Shown here in pieces: positions 27,274-36,551 of a DNA stretch of 51,045 nucleotides. The stretch is from a virus. Lineage: Duplodnaviria > Caudoviricetes. The notes below the pieces were generated by a model. It did no database searches. It was not told where the DNA came from and saw nothing but the letters and a program-made list of their open reading frames with translations. The position numbers and the translations under genes are program-made. How positions within the stretch are numbered: position 1 is the stretch's first letter; each line of letters starts with the position of its first letter. The DNA is taken from positions 1 to 51,045 of the IMG/VR virus record IMGVR_UViG_3300011412_000009. One strand, given 5' to 3'.

Positions 27274-29544
27274 ATGGCGATGCCCGTCACGACGTTTCGT
27301 GCGTCGATTTTCTCGACGACTGCGGCGACGTCATACGCGACGACGAGCACGTACACGCCGGCTGCTAATTCTCTCCTGCTCGCCGTCGTCGTCGGCTGTT
27401 CGACGTCGGTCGTCGATCCGAATGCCGCGACACCCTTCGCAGGCCATGGCGTCACTTGGACGAAGTTGACGCTTTCGGCGAACGGCATCTCGACGACACA
27501 CGCTGTCAGTGTGTGGGTCGCCAAAGCCGGTGCGTCGCCGAGCAGTGCCGCCTGTACGGCCGCGTGGACGACCAACCGCACCGGCTGCGCGATTATCGAG
27601 TTCGAGATCACCGGGGCCGACGTGTCAGGGACCTCGGCTGACGCGATTGTCCAAAACCCCACGACGAACGGCACGGCCACCAGCGTCACGGCCACCGACC
27701 TACTCGCGGCAGCTGGGAAGGCGGACAACGCCGCAATCGCGTTCTGGTGTCACCTTGCCAACGAGGCCACGACGGCTGGCGGTGGCGACTGGTCGGAGCC
27801 GGCAGGCGCGGACGGGAACTTCAACAGTCCGGCCACCGGCACTGAGGGCCAGGTTGCCGGCACTTTCAACCGGAGTCCAGCCGCCTCGTGGAGCACCTCC
27901 TCGGCCTACCGGGTCGTCGGGATTGAAGTCAAGAGCAATAACACCAGCATCTCTCCGGAACAAGGCCCTGCGACCATGACCGGGTTGGTGCCGTCACTGG
28001 CGCTGGCGTTCGGGATTGGCGCTGGTGCGCTGGGCCTGACCGGCCACGTGCCGAACGTTGGCGTCACCACGCCACCCCTCGAGCCTGGCGTGGGATCGCT
28101 GAGTGTGGCGGGCACAGCCCCCAGCCTTGGATCTGGAGCCTACGTCGGCGCGGGCAGCATCGCCTTCAGCGGCCCCGCCCCTACGGCGACGACCGGCCGA
28201 ACGATTGACGTTCCCACGGGCGCCCTCGTCCTCAAGGGACCGCAGCGGGCGACCAAGTCGAACCTGAACTTTACCGGCTACGCCCCGGCGCTGCTGGTCG
28301 GTCAGACGCTGGCTCCCGACGCTGGCAGTCTGATCCTGACCGGGCACGCGCCCTCACTCGTAACGGACGTCCGGCTCTCGCCGGCGGCCGTGGCGCTGGT
28401 CTTCACCGGCTTCGCACCATCGATCGCGGCGAGCGAAACCGTCAGTCCTGGCGGGGGCGTCCTCACGATCACCGGGTTGGCGCCAGACGCTCGCCTGACG
28501 TACCTGGCCACGCCAGACGCCGGGGCGCTGGTCCTTGCCGGGCAGACCCCGACGGCCCGAGAGGAGCATACCGTCGCCCCGGCCGCTGGCGCACTGACCC
28601 TCTCGGGCCTCACGCCGACCGTCCAATTCGTGGAGACCGTCAGCCCGCCTGCTGGCGTTCTGACGCTGACGGGCTTGGCCCCGACCCTGGCGGCAGCAGA
28701 GCAGGTCAGCCCCGCCGCAGGCGCCCTGACGCTGTCTGGGCTCGCGCCTGCGCTGGACGCCGGTCTGACGCCTGCCCCTGGTGCGCTCGCCCTGACAGGC
28801 TTGGCGCCGGCCCTGGAGTTCTCCTACACCCTCACGCCCACGACCGGCGCACTTGTGCTAACCGGGCCGCCGCCTGCGGCACTTGGGGCCGGGACGTTCC
28901 AACCGAATACCGGCACGCTGACACTCATCGGCCACGCGCCGAGTTTCACCGTCGCGGAGGTCGTCAGGCCGGCATCGGGATCGCTGGCGCTGAGCGGTCA
29001 GGCCCCAACGCTGGCCTTCGGACTGCCGGTGGGCGCGGGCGCGCTCGTGCTGTCGGGACAGACGCCTACCGCTAGCGCGACCGACCACCACGACATCTCG
29101 GTGCCGTCCGGGAGCCTTATCCTCACCGGCTACGGGCCGACGCTGAGTGGCCAACTCTCGGCGGCGCCGGCCGCTGGGGCGATGGTGCTCACCGGCCATG
29201 CGCCAGCCGTGCGCGTCGCCGAGACGCTGTCGGTGCCATCCGGGGCGCTGACGCTGACGGGGTATGCGCCGGCGTTGACGTTCGAGCTCCGGATAGAGGT
29301 CACCGCAGGCACGCTCAGCCTGCAGGGGTATCCGCCGGCCCTGACCTTCGGCGAGGTCGCGCCGGACACGGGCGTCCTGACATTCACCGGCCACGCGCCG
29401 ACCGTCCGCGACGTCACCCCGCTCAACCTCTGCGACGCCGACACCGTGTCGCTCGTGCCCGATCGTCACTCAGTCTCACTGGTGCCTGAGCGCGAATCCC
29501 TCTCGCTGGTGCCTGACCGACGGACAAGGACGTACTGCCCATGA
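27274..29544 (+). CDS. Long repeat-containing fibre-like protein
   Basis: N-terminal beta domain, then about 23 copies of a ~20-23 aa PxxGxLxLxGxxP unit; three SLVP(D/E)R repeats at the C-terminus. Confidence 0.75.
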   Translation: MAMPVTTFRASIFSTTAATSYATTSTYTPAANSLLLAVVVGCSTSVVDPNAATPFAGHGVTWTKLTLSANGISTTHAVSVWVAKAGASPSSAACTAAWTTNRTGCAIIEFEITGADVSGTSADAIVQNPTTNGTATSVTATDLLAAAGKADNAAIAFWCHLANEATTAGGGDWSEPAGADGNFNSPATGTEGQVAGTFNRSPAASWSTSSAYRVVGIEVKSNNTSISPEQGPATMTGLVPSLALAFGIGAGALGLTGHVPNVGVTTPPLEPGVGSLSVAGTAPSLGSGAYVGAGSIAFSGPAPTATTGRTIDVPTGALVLKGPQRATKSNLNFTGYAPALLVGQTLAPDAGSLILTGHAPSLVTDVRLSPAAVALVFTGFAPSIAASETVSPGGGVLTITGLAPDARLTYLATPDAGALVLAGQTPTAREEHTVAPAAGALTLSGLTPTVQFVETVSPPAGVLTLTGLAPTLAAAEQVSPAAGALTLSGLAPALDAGLTPAPGALALTGLAPALEFSYTLTPTTGALVLTGPPPAALGAGTFQPNTGTLTLIGHAPSFTVAEVVRPASGSLALSGQAPTLAFGLPVGAGALVLSGQTPTASATDHHDISVPSGSLILTGYGPTLSGQLSAAPAAGAMVLTGHAPAVRVAETLSVPSGALTLTGYAPALTFELRIEVTAGTLSLQGYPPALTFGEVAPDTGVLTFTGHAPTVRDVTPLNLCDADTVSLVPDRHSVSLVPERESLSLVPDRRTRTYCP

Positions 29545-29882
29545 GCACGCCGAAACTGATCATTGTCGAAGGCGAGACGACGGCCAAACCCCAGCAGTTG
29601 CTGGAGGAGGGGGAACCCTTCGACGGCACCGGCCTGACGGTGGAGTTGGAGATCAAGCGGTGGAACGGGTCCGCCATGGTGGACATCGGCGTCAGCCCTG
29701 GCCCGGTCGCGGCGTGGCAGACGCAAGCCACTGGCATCGTGGAAGTGACTGGCGTGGATGCGCTGTCACTCGGCAGTTACTTCGTCCGGTACAAACTCAC
29801 CAACGGCGCGAGCGAGTTTGACTACATCCCCAACGGCGATCGATCGGACCTGTGGCAAGTGGTGCCTGTGGCCGCTCGATAA
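29541..29882 (+). CDS. BppU-like / Ig-like fibre attachment protein
   Basis: PFDGTGLTV, G.Y...YKLT and YIPN pattern. Confidence 0.45.
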   Translation: MSTPKLIIVEGETTAKPQQLLEEGEPFDGTGLTVELEIKRWNGSAMVDIGVSPGPVAAWQTQATGIVEVTGVDALSLGSYFVRYKLTNGASEFDYIPNGDRSDLWQVVPVAAR

Positions 29883-29892
29883 AGGAGTCTCC

Positions 29893-30228
29893 ATGTCTGT
29901 GCTGTTCTCGGTCGTCGGCTGGCTCATCAAGCTCTACGTCGGCACGCTCATCGCCTCGCTGTCGCCATTGGCGATGACGTCTGGCTTCTCGCTGTTGGCC
30001 TTCGGGCTGGTCAACGCCATCGGGTTGCATATTCTTCTGAATGCCATCCAGCGCGAGCACAACGTGGTGCCGCCCAAGCCCATCCTGATTGGGCTGTGCG
30101 TGGCGGGGTTGCTGGCCGTTGGGGTGTCGGTGGCCTCGGCGCTGCCGGCCAACGGCTGCGAGACGTGCGTGGCCAACGGGAATGGCTGGTGGTATTGCTT
30201 CGCCATTTACGGGCTCTACTGCCTGTGA
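29893..30228 (+). CDS. Multi-pass membrane protein with Cys-rich C-terminus
   Basis: AAGGAG RBS; three or more hydrophobic segments. Confidence 0.6.
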   Translation: MSVLFSVVGWLIKLYVGTLIASLSPLAMTSGFSLLAFGLVNAIGLHILLNAIQREHNVVPPKPILIGLCVAGLLAVGVSVASALPANGCETCVANGNGWWYCFAIYGLYCL

Positions 30229-30247
30229 GTCTTCGGCATGAGGGTCT

Positions 30248-30673
30248 ATGTTTGGCCTACTCTTTTCGAGGCGGTATGACGATGAGTGGCTGACGGTTCG
30301 TCCCGATCTCTCCCGCTATGCCACACTGAAAGAGGAAATGGACGAACGTGACCGACTCAACTATGAGCCTCCCCGGCACCGTCGAAAGGATGACAGCGAC
30401 GTGCATCCTCTTATTCGGTATGGCGTGCGTGTCGGGATTCCCTCCGTCATGGCGGCGTGCCTCGTCTATTGGCTGGTGATGAAACTCGACACGAAGCAAG
30501 ACGCCGCGCTCGAGTTGGCACGGACCCATGCCACGATGACCACGATGATGACGGAACAGTCCAGCCGGATTGAACGCCTGATGGAGATCTCCGTGGCGCT
30601 GCAGACGGCGCAGTGCTACAACGACGCCGACACGGTGGACGAACGCCGACAATGCGGGCTGGCGAGTCGATAG
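30248..30673 (+). CDS. Single-pass membrane protein (start uncertain)
   Basis: VGIPSVMAACLVYWLV transmembrane segment followed by a helix. Confidence 0.5.
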   Translation: MFGLLFSRRYDDEWLTVRPDLSRYATLKEEMDERDRLNYEPPRHRRKDDSDVHPLIRYGVRVGIPSVMAACLVYWLVMKLDTKQDAALELARTHATMTTMMTEQSSRIERLMEISVALQTAQCYNDADTVDERRQCGLASR

Positions 30674-30681
30674 GAGACGAG

Positions 30682-31098
30682 GTGGCGACTCCCGATGAGG
30701 TGTCCCTGCGTGTTTATCTGGAGTCCTTGATCGCCTCAGCCGATCAACGCTACTCGCAGCGGTTTGACGCGCAAGAGAAGGCCGTGACCTCGGCGCTGGC
30801 CGCCGCGAAAGAGGCGGTGATCAAGGCCGAGATCGCGTCAGACAAACGCTTTGAGGGGGTCAATGAGTTTCGGGCGGCGCTCTCCGATCAACAGCGGACG
30901 TTGATGCCTCGGGCGGAAGTTGAAGCGATCAACACGGCGCATGAAAAGGAAGTCTTTGAACTCAAGAAACGGCTGGACGCGCTCGCCGCTGAACGTGCCG
31001 GCATCAAGGGCGGCTGGGGCTATGCGGTCGGGGTTGCGGGACTCGTGGCCTTACTCATCGGTGGGGTGTTGACGGTGTTGAACCTGTCGAAAGGCTGA
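30682..31098 (+). CDS. Coiled-coil protein with C-terminal membrane anchor (lysis region)
   Basis: AGGAG RBS and GTG start; EKAV.SALAAAKEAV.KAE...KRFE.VNEFR..L.D; C-terminal transmembrane helix. Confidence 0.65.
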   Translation: MATPDEVSLRVYLESLIASADQRYSQRFDAQEKAVTSALAAAKEAVIKAEIASDKRFEGVNEFRAALSDQQRTLMPRAEVEAINTAHEKEVFELKKRLDALAAERAGIKGGWGYAVGVAGLVALLIGGVLTVLNLSKG

Positions 31099-31099
31099 G

Positions 31100-31483
31100 A
31101 TGCCTGACAAACTCCTCGGCGTCCATCCCGACCTCCAAGAGAAGGTCCACCGCATCCTTGACGCCATGACGGTGCTGGGGTTGGAGATGCGGGTGACGGA
31201 CGGGCTGCGGACCATCGAGCAGCAGCAAGCCCTCTATGCCCTCGGGCGGTCGAAGCCTGGGAAGATCGTGACCAATGCGGATGGGGTGGTCCATCGATCC
31301 AACCATCAGGTCCATGCGGACGACTTCGGCCATGCGGTGGACTGCACCTTCTGGGTGGACGGAACGCCGTCGTGGGCCGAAGACCTCCAATGGCGACTCT
31401 ATGGCGAGATGGCGAAGGCGCTCGGGCTGAAGTGGGGCGGGGACTGGTCAAAGCCAGACAAGCCGCACATTGAGTTGCCATGA
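31100..31483 (+). CDS. Endolysin, peptidase M15 (L-Ala-D-Glu endopeptidase-like)
   Basis: GLRTIEQQQALY, SNH, GHAVD, WGGDW and DKPHIEL motifs. Confidence 0.9.
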   Translation: MPDKLLGVHPDLQEKVHRILDAMTVLGLEMRVTDGLRTIEQQQALYALGRSKPGKIVTNADGVVHRSNHQVHADDFGHAVDCTFWVDGTPSWAEDLQWRLYGEMAKALGLKWGGDWSKPDKPHIELP

Positions 31484-33798
31484 GCAATTTGACCACCGAC
31501 GGCACGGCGCTCTACACCAGCAGGATTCATGGGCACCTCGTTGAGGTGTGGCGCGAGTCTGCCCTGCTGCAGGCGTCCCGGCTGATGCCGGTGGCCATCA
31601 TGGATGACGTGGTCGCCGTCTCCCCCGCTGGTCGTGTGGCGCTGTCGGTCAAGACCGGGGCCGATCATGCGTGGGGATGTGTGGACTTCGGCCCGTGGAT
31701 CGACTTCGGTCCTGCTCAAGGTGGGCACAGCAACCACGTCGCGTGGGTGGATGAGCGGTTTGTCTTCGCCCGTATCGATGCTGGCGCCGTGGACCTGGTC
31801 GAGCAGAACGAGACAGGGCAGGAGATCCACCGTGTGCCCTGCAGCATCCCCGGCACCTCGCAGGGCATCCTCCAGTATGACGACCTCGAGCATCGGTTTG
31901 TCCTGAGCGACGAGCGCCGGGACGTGGCCATCGGGACGATCCACTACGTCCTCCCCGTGCGCCGTGGGGCGTGGTGGAACGGGCAGTGCATCGTGGGCGG
32001 CGACCACAACCGGATCACCCATGCCAGCGGGGCACCGTCGTGGCAGTCCGGCCCACAGTCCCAGGCCGAGCAACCGCAACTGGCGGTGATTGGCGAGCGC
32101 CTCGTCACCAACGGGCCGATGGAATACTCGACCGCGCACCCCAACCAGCCGCCGACGGTCACCCCTATCCCCCCGGAGCCGCCTGTGCCCATCGCCAGAC
32201 CCAAAGTGACGATTACGGACTATCAGCCGCGCACGGGGCCGGCGCCGTTGGCGTGTCGGGCCGTCTGGGCCAAGGAAACCGGCTCGGGGCCAGTCACACG
32301 GGTCGAGTGGCTGATCCGGCCGCTGGGCACCTCCGCGTGGACGGTGGCCGCCAACAACGTTGCGACAGACGCCACGCACACCTATCGCGTCGGGGCGGGA
32401 TCGTTTGAGATTGCCCTGAAGGGGATCGGTCCCGGAGGCACCGCGCAGACGAGCAAGCAACGCATCATCCGGGCGACCGCGCCCACGCCAGAGCCGCCAG
32501 ACCCCGGCCCTGTGCCGCCCATCCCGCCTGAGCTACCCGTGCCGCCGCCGACCTCGGCAAGGCTGGGCCTCGTGCGGGGGAACGGCTTCCAGTTCACGGA
32601 CGATACCGGGGGGTTCCTGGCGTGGGGCACGACCCTGTTCTGGGGTGCCTACGGTTATGTGTTTGAGCGGGACCGGATCGAGGCGCACCTCGCCAATATC
32701 CAGCGCAAGGGCATCGATTACGTGCGGGTGATTGCCACTGGGCTGCGGAAGGGCACGGCCGAGCGATCGCTGGACCCCTCCACCTCGAGCTACGCGCAGG
32801 GCATCGCCGGCCTGACCGATCTGGCGTATGACACCTACGGCCTTCGGGTGCAGTGGACGATCTTTGGGGCCACGTATGACGCGCCGACGAAGACGGATCG
32901 GGCGCGGGCGGTGGACACGTTCTGTGCGGCGCTGGCCGGACGCACGCACAAAGTCCATGCGGTGGAAATTGGGAATGAGGCGTGGACTAACGGATTTCCT
33001 GGCGACGAGGGTCGCGACGAACTCACCGCGCTGGTAGGCCGTGTCCGTGACAAACTCCCGAACCTCGTCGCGCCGACCTGTCCCGCCCCCGGTGACGACA
33101 TCACCCGCGAGAAAGTCCAGTATTACTACAAGGGCACCAGAGCCACGGTCATCACCGAGCACCATGCGCGGTCGGAAAAGCCTCCAGATGGCGTGTGGCG
33201 GCACACGAAGAAGCCGTGGCGCGAGACGATGTTCGTCGTGGAGGGGTGTCCGAAGCTGCGCCGGAATCAGGAGCCGTGGGGACCGGAGTCCTCCGGGGAT
33301 GAGGGCAACGATCCCACGGTGCTGGCGATTGACGCCGTAGTCACCTGGCTGGCCGGTGAGGGCGATTACCTGCTGCACTGCGGGGGAGGTATCTACGGGC
33401 TGGCCGACCCCACCAGGGGGCGCCCAGCGGACCTGTGGGACACCGAGAATTGGGACGCGATCTGTGCCGGCATCAAGGCCATGCGGGCAGCGGTGCCGGC
33501 CGACCTCCCCAACTTCACCAAACACAAGACCAACAAAGGCCCCTTCCGGTTTGTCGATACCCCTGACGAACAACTCAGCGCGGCGTATAGTGCCACCAGC
33601 GGATCTGGGGTTGGGCAGCGGATTGTGCAGCCCGTCTGGGGTGTGGTGAAAGCCACAACATTCACCTTACAGGATGGCCGCTGCACGGGCACCATGCTGG
33701 ACCCGGCCACCGGGGCTGTGCTCGCCACCTTCGATCGGTCGTTTACGGTAACACCGCAACAGCGGGCCGTGGTCGTCGTGGCCACCAGGACCGCGTAG
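31480..33798 (+). CDS. Multidomain protein with Pro-rich linkers and a C-terminal TIM-barrel glycoside hydrolase-like domain
   Basis: GIDYVRV, EIGNE (clan GH-A-like acid/base) and NQEP motifs; PKD/Ig-like middle domain between two Pro-rich linkers. Confidence 0.6.
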   Translation: MSNLTTDGTALYTSRIHGHLVEVWRESALLQASRLMPVAIMDDVVAVSPAGRVALSVKTGADHAWGCVDFGPWIDFGPAQGGHSNHVAWVDERFVFARIDAGAVDLVEQNETGQEIHRVPCSIPGTSQGILQYDDLEHRFVLSDERRDVAIGTIHYVLPVRRGAWWNGQCIVGGDHNRITHASGAPSWQSGPQSQAEQPQLAVIGERLVTNGPMEYSTAHPNQPPTVTPIPPEPPVPIARPKVTITDYQPRTGPAPLACRAVWAKETGSGPVTRVEWLIRPLGTSAWTVAANNVATDATHTYRVGAGSFEIALKGIGPGGTAQTSKQRIIRATAPTPEPPDPGPVPPIPPELPVPPPTSARLGLVRGNGFQFTDDTGGFLAWGTTLFWGAYGYVFERDRIEAHLANIQRKGIDYVRVIATGLRKGTAERSLDPSTSSYAQGIAGLTDLAYDTYGLRVQWTIFGATYDAPTKTDRARAVDTFCAALAGRTHKVHAVEIGNEAWTNGFPGDEGRDELTALVGRVRDKLPNLVAPTCPAPGDDITREKVQYYYKGTRATVITEHHARSEKPPDGVWRHTKKPWRETMFVVEGCPKLRRNQEPWGPESSGDEGNDPTVLAIDAVVTWLAGEGDYLLHCGGGIYGLADPTRGRPADLWDTENWDAICAGIKAMRAAVPADLPNFTKHKTNKGPFRFVDTPDEQLSAAYSATSGSGVGQRIVQPVWGVVKATTFTLQDGRCTGTMLDPATGAVLATFDRSFTVTPQQRAVVVVATRTA

Positions 33799-33807
33799 GA
33801 GCCTCCT

Positions 33808-33939
33808 GTGACTCTGTCAAAGATCCTCGCGCTCGTCGGGCTGTTCTGTGCGGTCGTGTCGCTCCTGGGCATCCCAGCGGCCGTCTACGTGCTTCCGGTT
33901 GGTCTAGCCTGCGTAGCGGGCGCGGTGCTGGTGTCATGA
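33808..33939 (+). CDS. Small two-helix membrane protein (43 aa, not in ORF track)
   Basis: AGGAG RBS and GTG start; MTLSKILALVGLFCAVVSLLGIPAAVYVLPVGLACVAGAVLVS; ATGA overlap with the next gene. Confidence 0.5.
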   Translation: MTLSKILALVGLFCAVVSLLGIPAAVYVLPVGLACVAGAVLVS

Positions 33940-34265
33940 ATACGATTACCGGCTCGGCCGTCATCGACTCCCTCGCCATTTCCACGGCCGTCGTGGCGCT
34001 GGTGCAACTGTCGAAGTGGGGCTTCCTGCACGACAAGTATGGTCCGCTGGCGGTGATGATCTACTCCCTGCTCGGCGTGGCCCTGTTTGGCTACAGCAAG
34101 GCCATCCCGTTTTCCGGCGCCAACGTCTGGGAATACTTCGTCGGGTTCATCGCCGTGATGCTCCAGGCGGCGGGCATCTTCGGGTTCACCCGTGCCAGTG
34201 CGGAGGCCGTCTCGAGGATGACCCCGCCCCCAGGTGGGGCCGCTGGTGGGAGCACCACGGTCTAA
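33936..34265 (+). CDS. Holin-like membrane protein
   Basis: Three hydrophobic segments; near the endolysin. Confidence 0.55.
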   Translation: MNTITGSAVIDSLAISTAVVALVQLSKWGFLHDKYGPLAVMIYSLLGVALFGYSKAIPFSGANVWEYFVGFIAVMLQAAGIFGFTRASAEAVSRMTPPPGGAAGGSTTV

Positions 34266-34269
34266 CCTC

Positions 34270-34509
34270 ATGCCCCGGCTCCCCAGGCCCATCCGGAAAC
34301 CACGGCCACCCCTGCCCCGGTGGAAGCGGGCGTGGCGGTGGTATCAGGGACTGCCCCAGCCCGCCAAGCATGGCTTCGCGTTTGGGGCGCGTCTGTTCGT
34401 ATTGACAGGGGCGCTCTACTTGAACGCCACGCACTTCGACAAGACGGAATACCGGACCATCATTGCGATGGCGGTCATGGATGCGGTCGGATTTAAACGG
34501 AGAACCTAA
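34270..34509 (+). CDS. Small basic/hydrophobic protein
   Basis: TAATG coupling with the next gene. Confidence 0.45.
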   Translation: MPRLPRPIRKPRPPLPRWKRAWRWYQGLPQPAKHGFAFGARLFVLTGALYLNATHFDKTEYRTIIAMAVMDAVGFKRRT

Positions 34510-34973
34510 TGCAGACAATGAGACGACAGACGCTGGCGGCACTGATTGTGCTGTCGGCCTTGAGCACGGCGGCCTCGTGCCCCCCGAAGCCCACCGAACC
34601 ACAACGGCAGGAGCAGGTTGTGCTCCTCGCGCAATCCGCGAAGCGGGCTGAGCAGATCGTGCATGTGGTTGAGTCAGCACAGACGACCGAGATCGCGCTG
34701 TTCAACTCGGAGACCATCTCTGACTTCACGCTGGTGAAGCATCAGCAGTATCAGGCGAAGTTTGAGAGGTTCGCGGACATCGCGAAACCCCAACTCGTTC
34801 TTGCGAAGGCCGCATCCACGCCAGACTCAACCCGGGCTCAAGCCATCAACATCGTCGAGCAGGGCGTTCAGGAGTTAATCAAGGAGTTTAAGGTCGATTC
34901 CCCCTCCCCACTGGTCACCGCGATCTTCACTACGCTTGAGCTGACGCTCGAGATCACACAGGGAGGGCAGTAA
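34509..34973 (+). CDS. Predicted lipoprotein
   Basis: MRRQTLAALIVLSALSTAAS|C lipobox-like signal. Confidence 0.6.
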   Translation: MQTMRRQTLAALIVLSALSTAASCPPKPTEPQRQEQVVLLAQSAKRAEQIVHVVESAQTTEIALFNSETISDFTLVKHQQYQAKFERFADIAKPQLVLAKAASTPDSTRAQAINIVEQGVQELIKEFKVDSPSPLVTAIFTTLELTLEITQGGQ

Positions 34974-35251
34974 TGGGAATCCTACAGATCCTTAACATCG
35001 TGTCGATCATTGCCTCTGGCTTCGCGCCATTCAAGAAACAGTTGCAGTGGGTGGAACTCGGCGCGAAGCTCACGACGGATGTCGTCAATGAACTCACGAG
35101 CGGTGGCGCCGTGGTTGTGGACGAGAACGGGAATCCTCTGACGAAGGAACAGGTGTCTGAGATAGCTCAGGCGCACTGGACCGAAGCCATCGCGGGACTC
35201 GACCGCATCAAGGAGCGGGCGCAGAACGAACGCGCTCGGACGGACGGCTGA
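34973..35251 (+). CDS. Hypothetical protein
   Basis: GGGAGG RBS; TAATG coupling. Confidence 0.6.
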   Translation: MGILQILNIVSIIASGFAPFKKQLQWVELGAKLTTDVVNELTSGGAVVVDENGNPLTKEQVSEIAQAHWTEAIAGLDRIKERAQNERARTDG

Positions 35252-35448
35252 TGGCCGGAACCTTCGTCACCTACAAAGGCCGGAAGCAAGGCCGTCAGGT
35301 CTGGCGCTGGAAGACGGTGGCCAGGAATGGGCGCAAGACGGCCAACGCCGGAGAAGCCTACGTCAATCAGTCGGATGCGGTGACCGGCGCATTAGCGACG
35401 GCCCGGATCATTGCCGAGGCCAACGGCTACCGGCTGGCGAAGGGCTGA
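35251..35448 (+). CDS. DUF1508/YegP-like small protein
   Basis: WRWKTVARNGRKTANAGEAY...SDA motif. Confidence 0.7.
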   Translation: MAGTFVTYKGRKQGRQVWRWKTVARNGRKTANAGEAYVNQSDAVTGALATARIIAEANGYRLAKG

Positions 35449-35543
35449 AGCTCAGCCGGTCAGCGCGTGCTGGGAGGGGTGTTACCCTGACGCCCTCAGC
35501 GGGGTTGGACCGCTGGCACGCGCTGGCCTGCCAAAGATAGTGC

Positions 35544-35585
35544 TTGACCTACCGATAGACATGGCATATACATACCAGTATGCCA
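35544..35585 (+). promoter_or_regulatory. Sigma70-type early promoter with overlapping inverted-repeat operator
   Basis: TTGACC (35544-35549), 17 nt, TATACA (35567-35572). Inverted repeat TGGCATA-N10-TATGCCA at 35562-35585. Confidence 0.6.
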
Positions 35586-35741
35586 AAACGAGAGCGCGGT
35601 AAGACCTTCCTGCTCGACCAGATTCCACCAGGCCCGTGGGCCAAAGTGAAAGCGCGGGCGCAGCGCGAAGGGCGTTCCGTCAAGTTCGTCATCCTCACAC
35701 TGCTGGCCGAGTATCTTCAACACGGACTGCGAAGGGACTAG
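35580..35741 (+). CDS. Arc/Mnt-like ribbon-helix-helix repressor (53 aa, not in ORF track)
   Basis: MPKRERGKTFLLDQIPPGPWAKVKARAQREGRSVKFVILTLLAEYLQHGLRRD. Confidence 0.7.
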   Translation: MPKRERGKTFLLDQIPPGPWAKVKARAQREGRSVKFVILTLLAEYLQHGLRRD

Positions 35742-35743
35742 TC

Positions 35744-35875
35744 ATGGACCTCGACATTCTGCTGCAGTCGCTGCGTGAGTCGCTGGCAGGGTTTACGCTC
35801 TCGCTGGTGATGGCGGGTGTGGCGATCCTCCTGTTTGGGTTGCTGGCCCGTGTGGCTGAGCGGTGGGGGTTCTGA
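35744..35875 (+). CDS. Small membrane protein
   Basis: ATG at 35744; one transmembrane helix. Confidence 0.5.
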   Translation: MDLDILLQSLRESLAGFTLSLVMAGVAILLFGLLARVAERWGF

Positions 35876-36042
35876 TGCGTGCGGTGGTGCTCGCCTTGGT
35901 CGGGACTGTCGGCTTTATGTTGCTGCTGGTATCGGCGGTGCTGTGGATGCTGCAGATTGTCAAGGCCGTCTTTCCGCACGACCCGCCGCCGCTGCAGGAT
36001 GGCGAGTCGATTGCCAGCCACCTCGGCAAGTTGCACTGGTAA
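35875..36042 (+). CDS. Small membrane protein (not in ORF track)
   Basis: TGATG coupling; MRAVVLALVGTVGFMLLLVSAVLWML. Confidence 0.45.
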   Translation: MRAVVLALVGTVGFMLLLVSAVLWMLQIVKAVFPHDPPPLQDGESIASHLGKLHW

Positions 36043-36048
36043 ACGGCC

Positions 36049-36489
36049 ATGCCTGAATTGACCTATCGTGACCGCGTGGCGTGCTACTTCAAGGCGCACC
36101 CAGGCCAATGGATCGACGGGATGGCACTAGCACAGGTTGGAGGGTGTTATGCCTGGAGGACACGGGTAAGCGAGTGCCACACCCAACTTGGCATGGACAT
36201 CGAGAACGACGTGCGGCAGGTGCCCAACAGCCGGCGCAAGGTCAGCCTGTATCGGTATCGGCCTACCATTTTGGAGATGGCTGAGATGCCCAAAGACCCG
36301 ATGGAAAGCCCGGAGCAGGCCGAAGTGGAAGCGGACGAACGCTTCTATGAAGACCGGGACGACGCTGAGCCCGACGACGATGAAGACGAGGACCAGCCAG
36401 AGGAGAATCCCCGCGAGAAGGGGGACGACGACGGCGTGGAATACGGCGACCCCAGAGACGAGCAAGAGGAGCGGCGCCGCGATTGGTAG
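36049..36489 (+). CDS. Winged-helix-like protein with a strongly acidic C-terminus
   Basis: L...GG..AWRTRVSE.....G..I pattern followed by a D/E-rich tail. Confidence 0.5.
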   Translation: MPELTYRDRVACYFKAHPGQWIDGMALAQVGGCYAWRTRVSECHTQLGMDIENDVRQVPNSRRKVSLYRYRPTILEMAEMPKDPMESPEQAEVEADERFYEDRDDAEPDDDEDEDQPEENPREKGDDDGVEYGDPRDEQEERRRDW

Positions 36490-36551
36490 AAAGAGGGGGC
36501 GACCGGCTGCGAATACGGCCGCCCCGATCCACAGGAAGGATGAGGCTCCCA

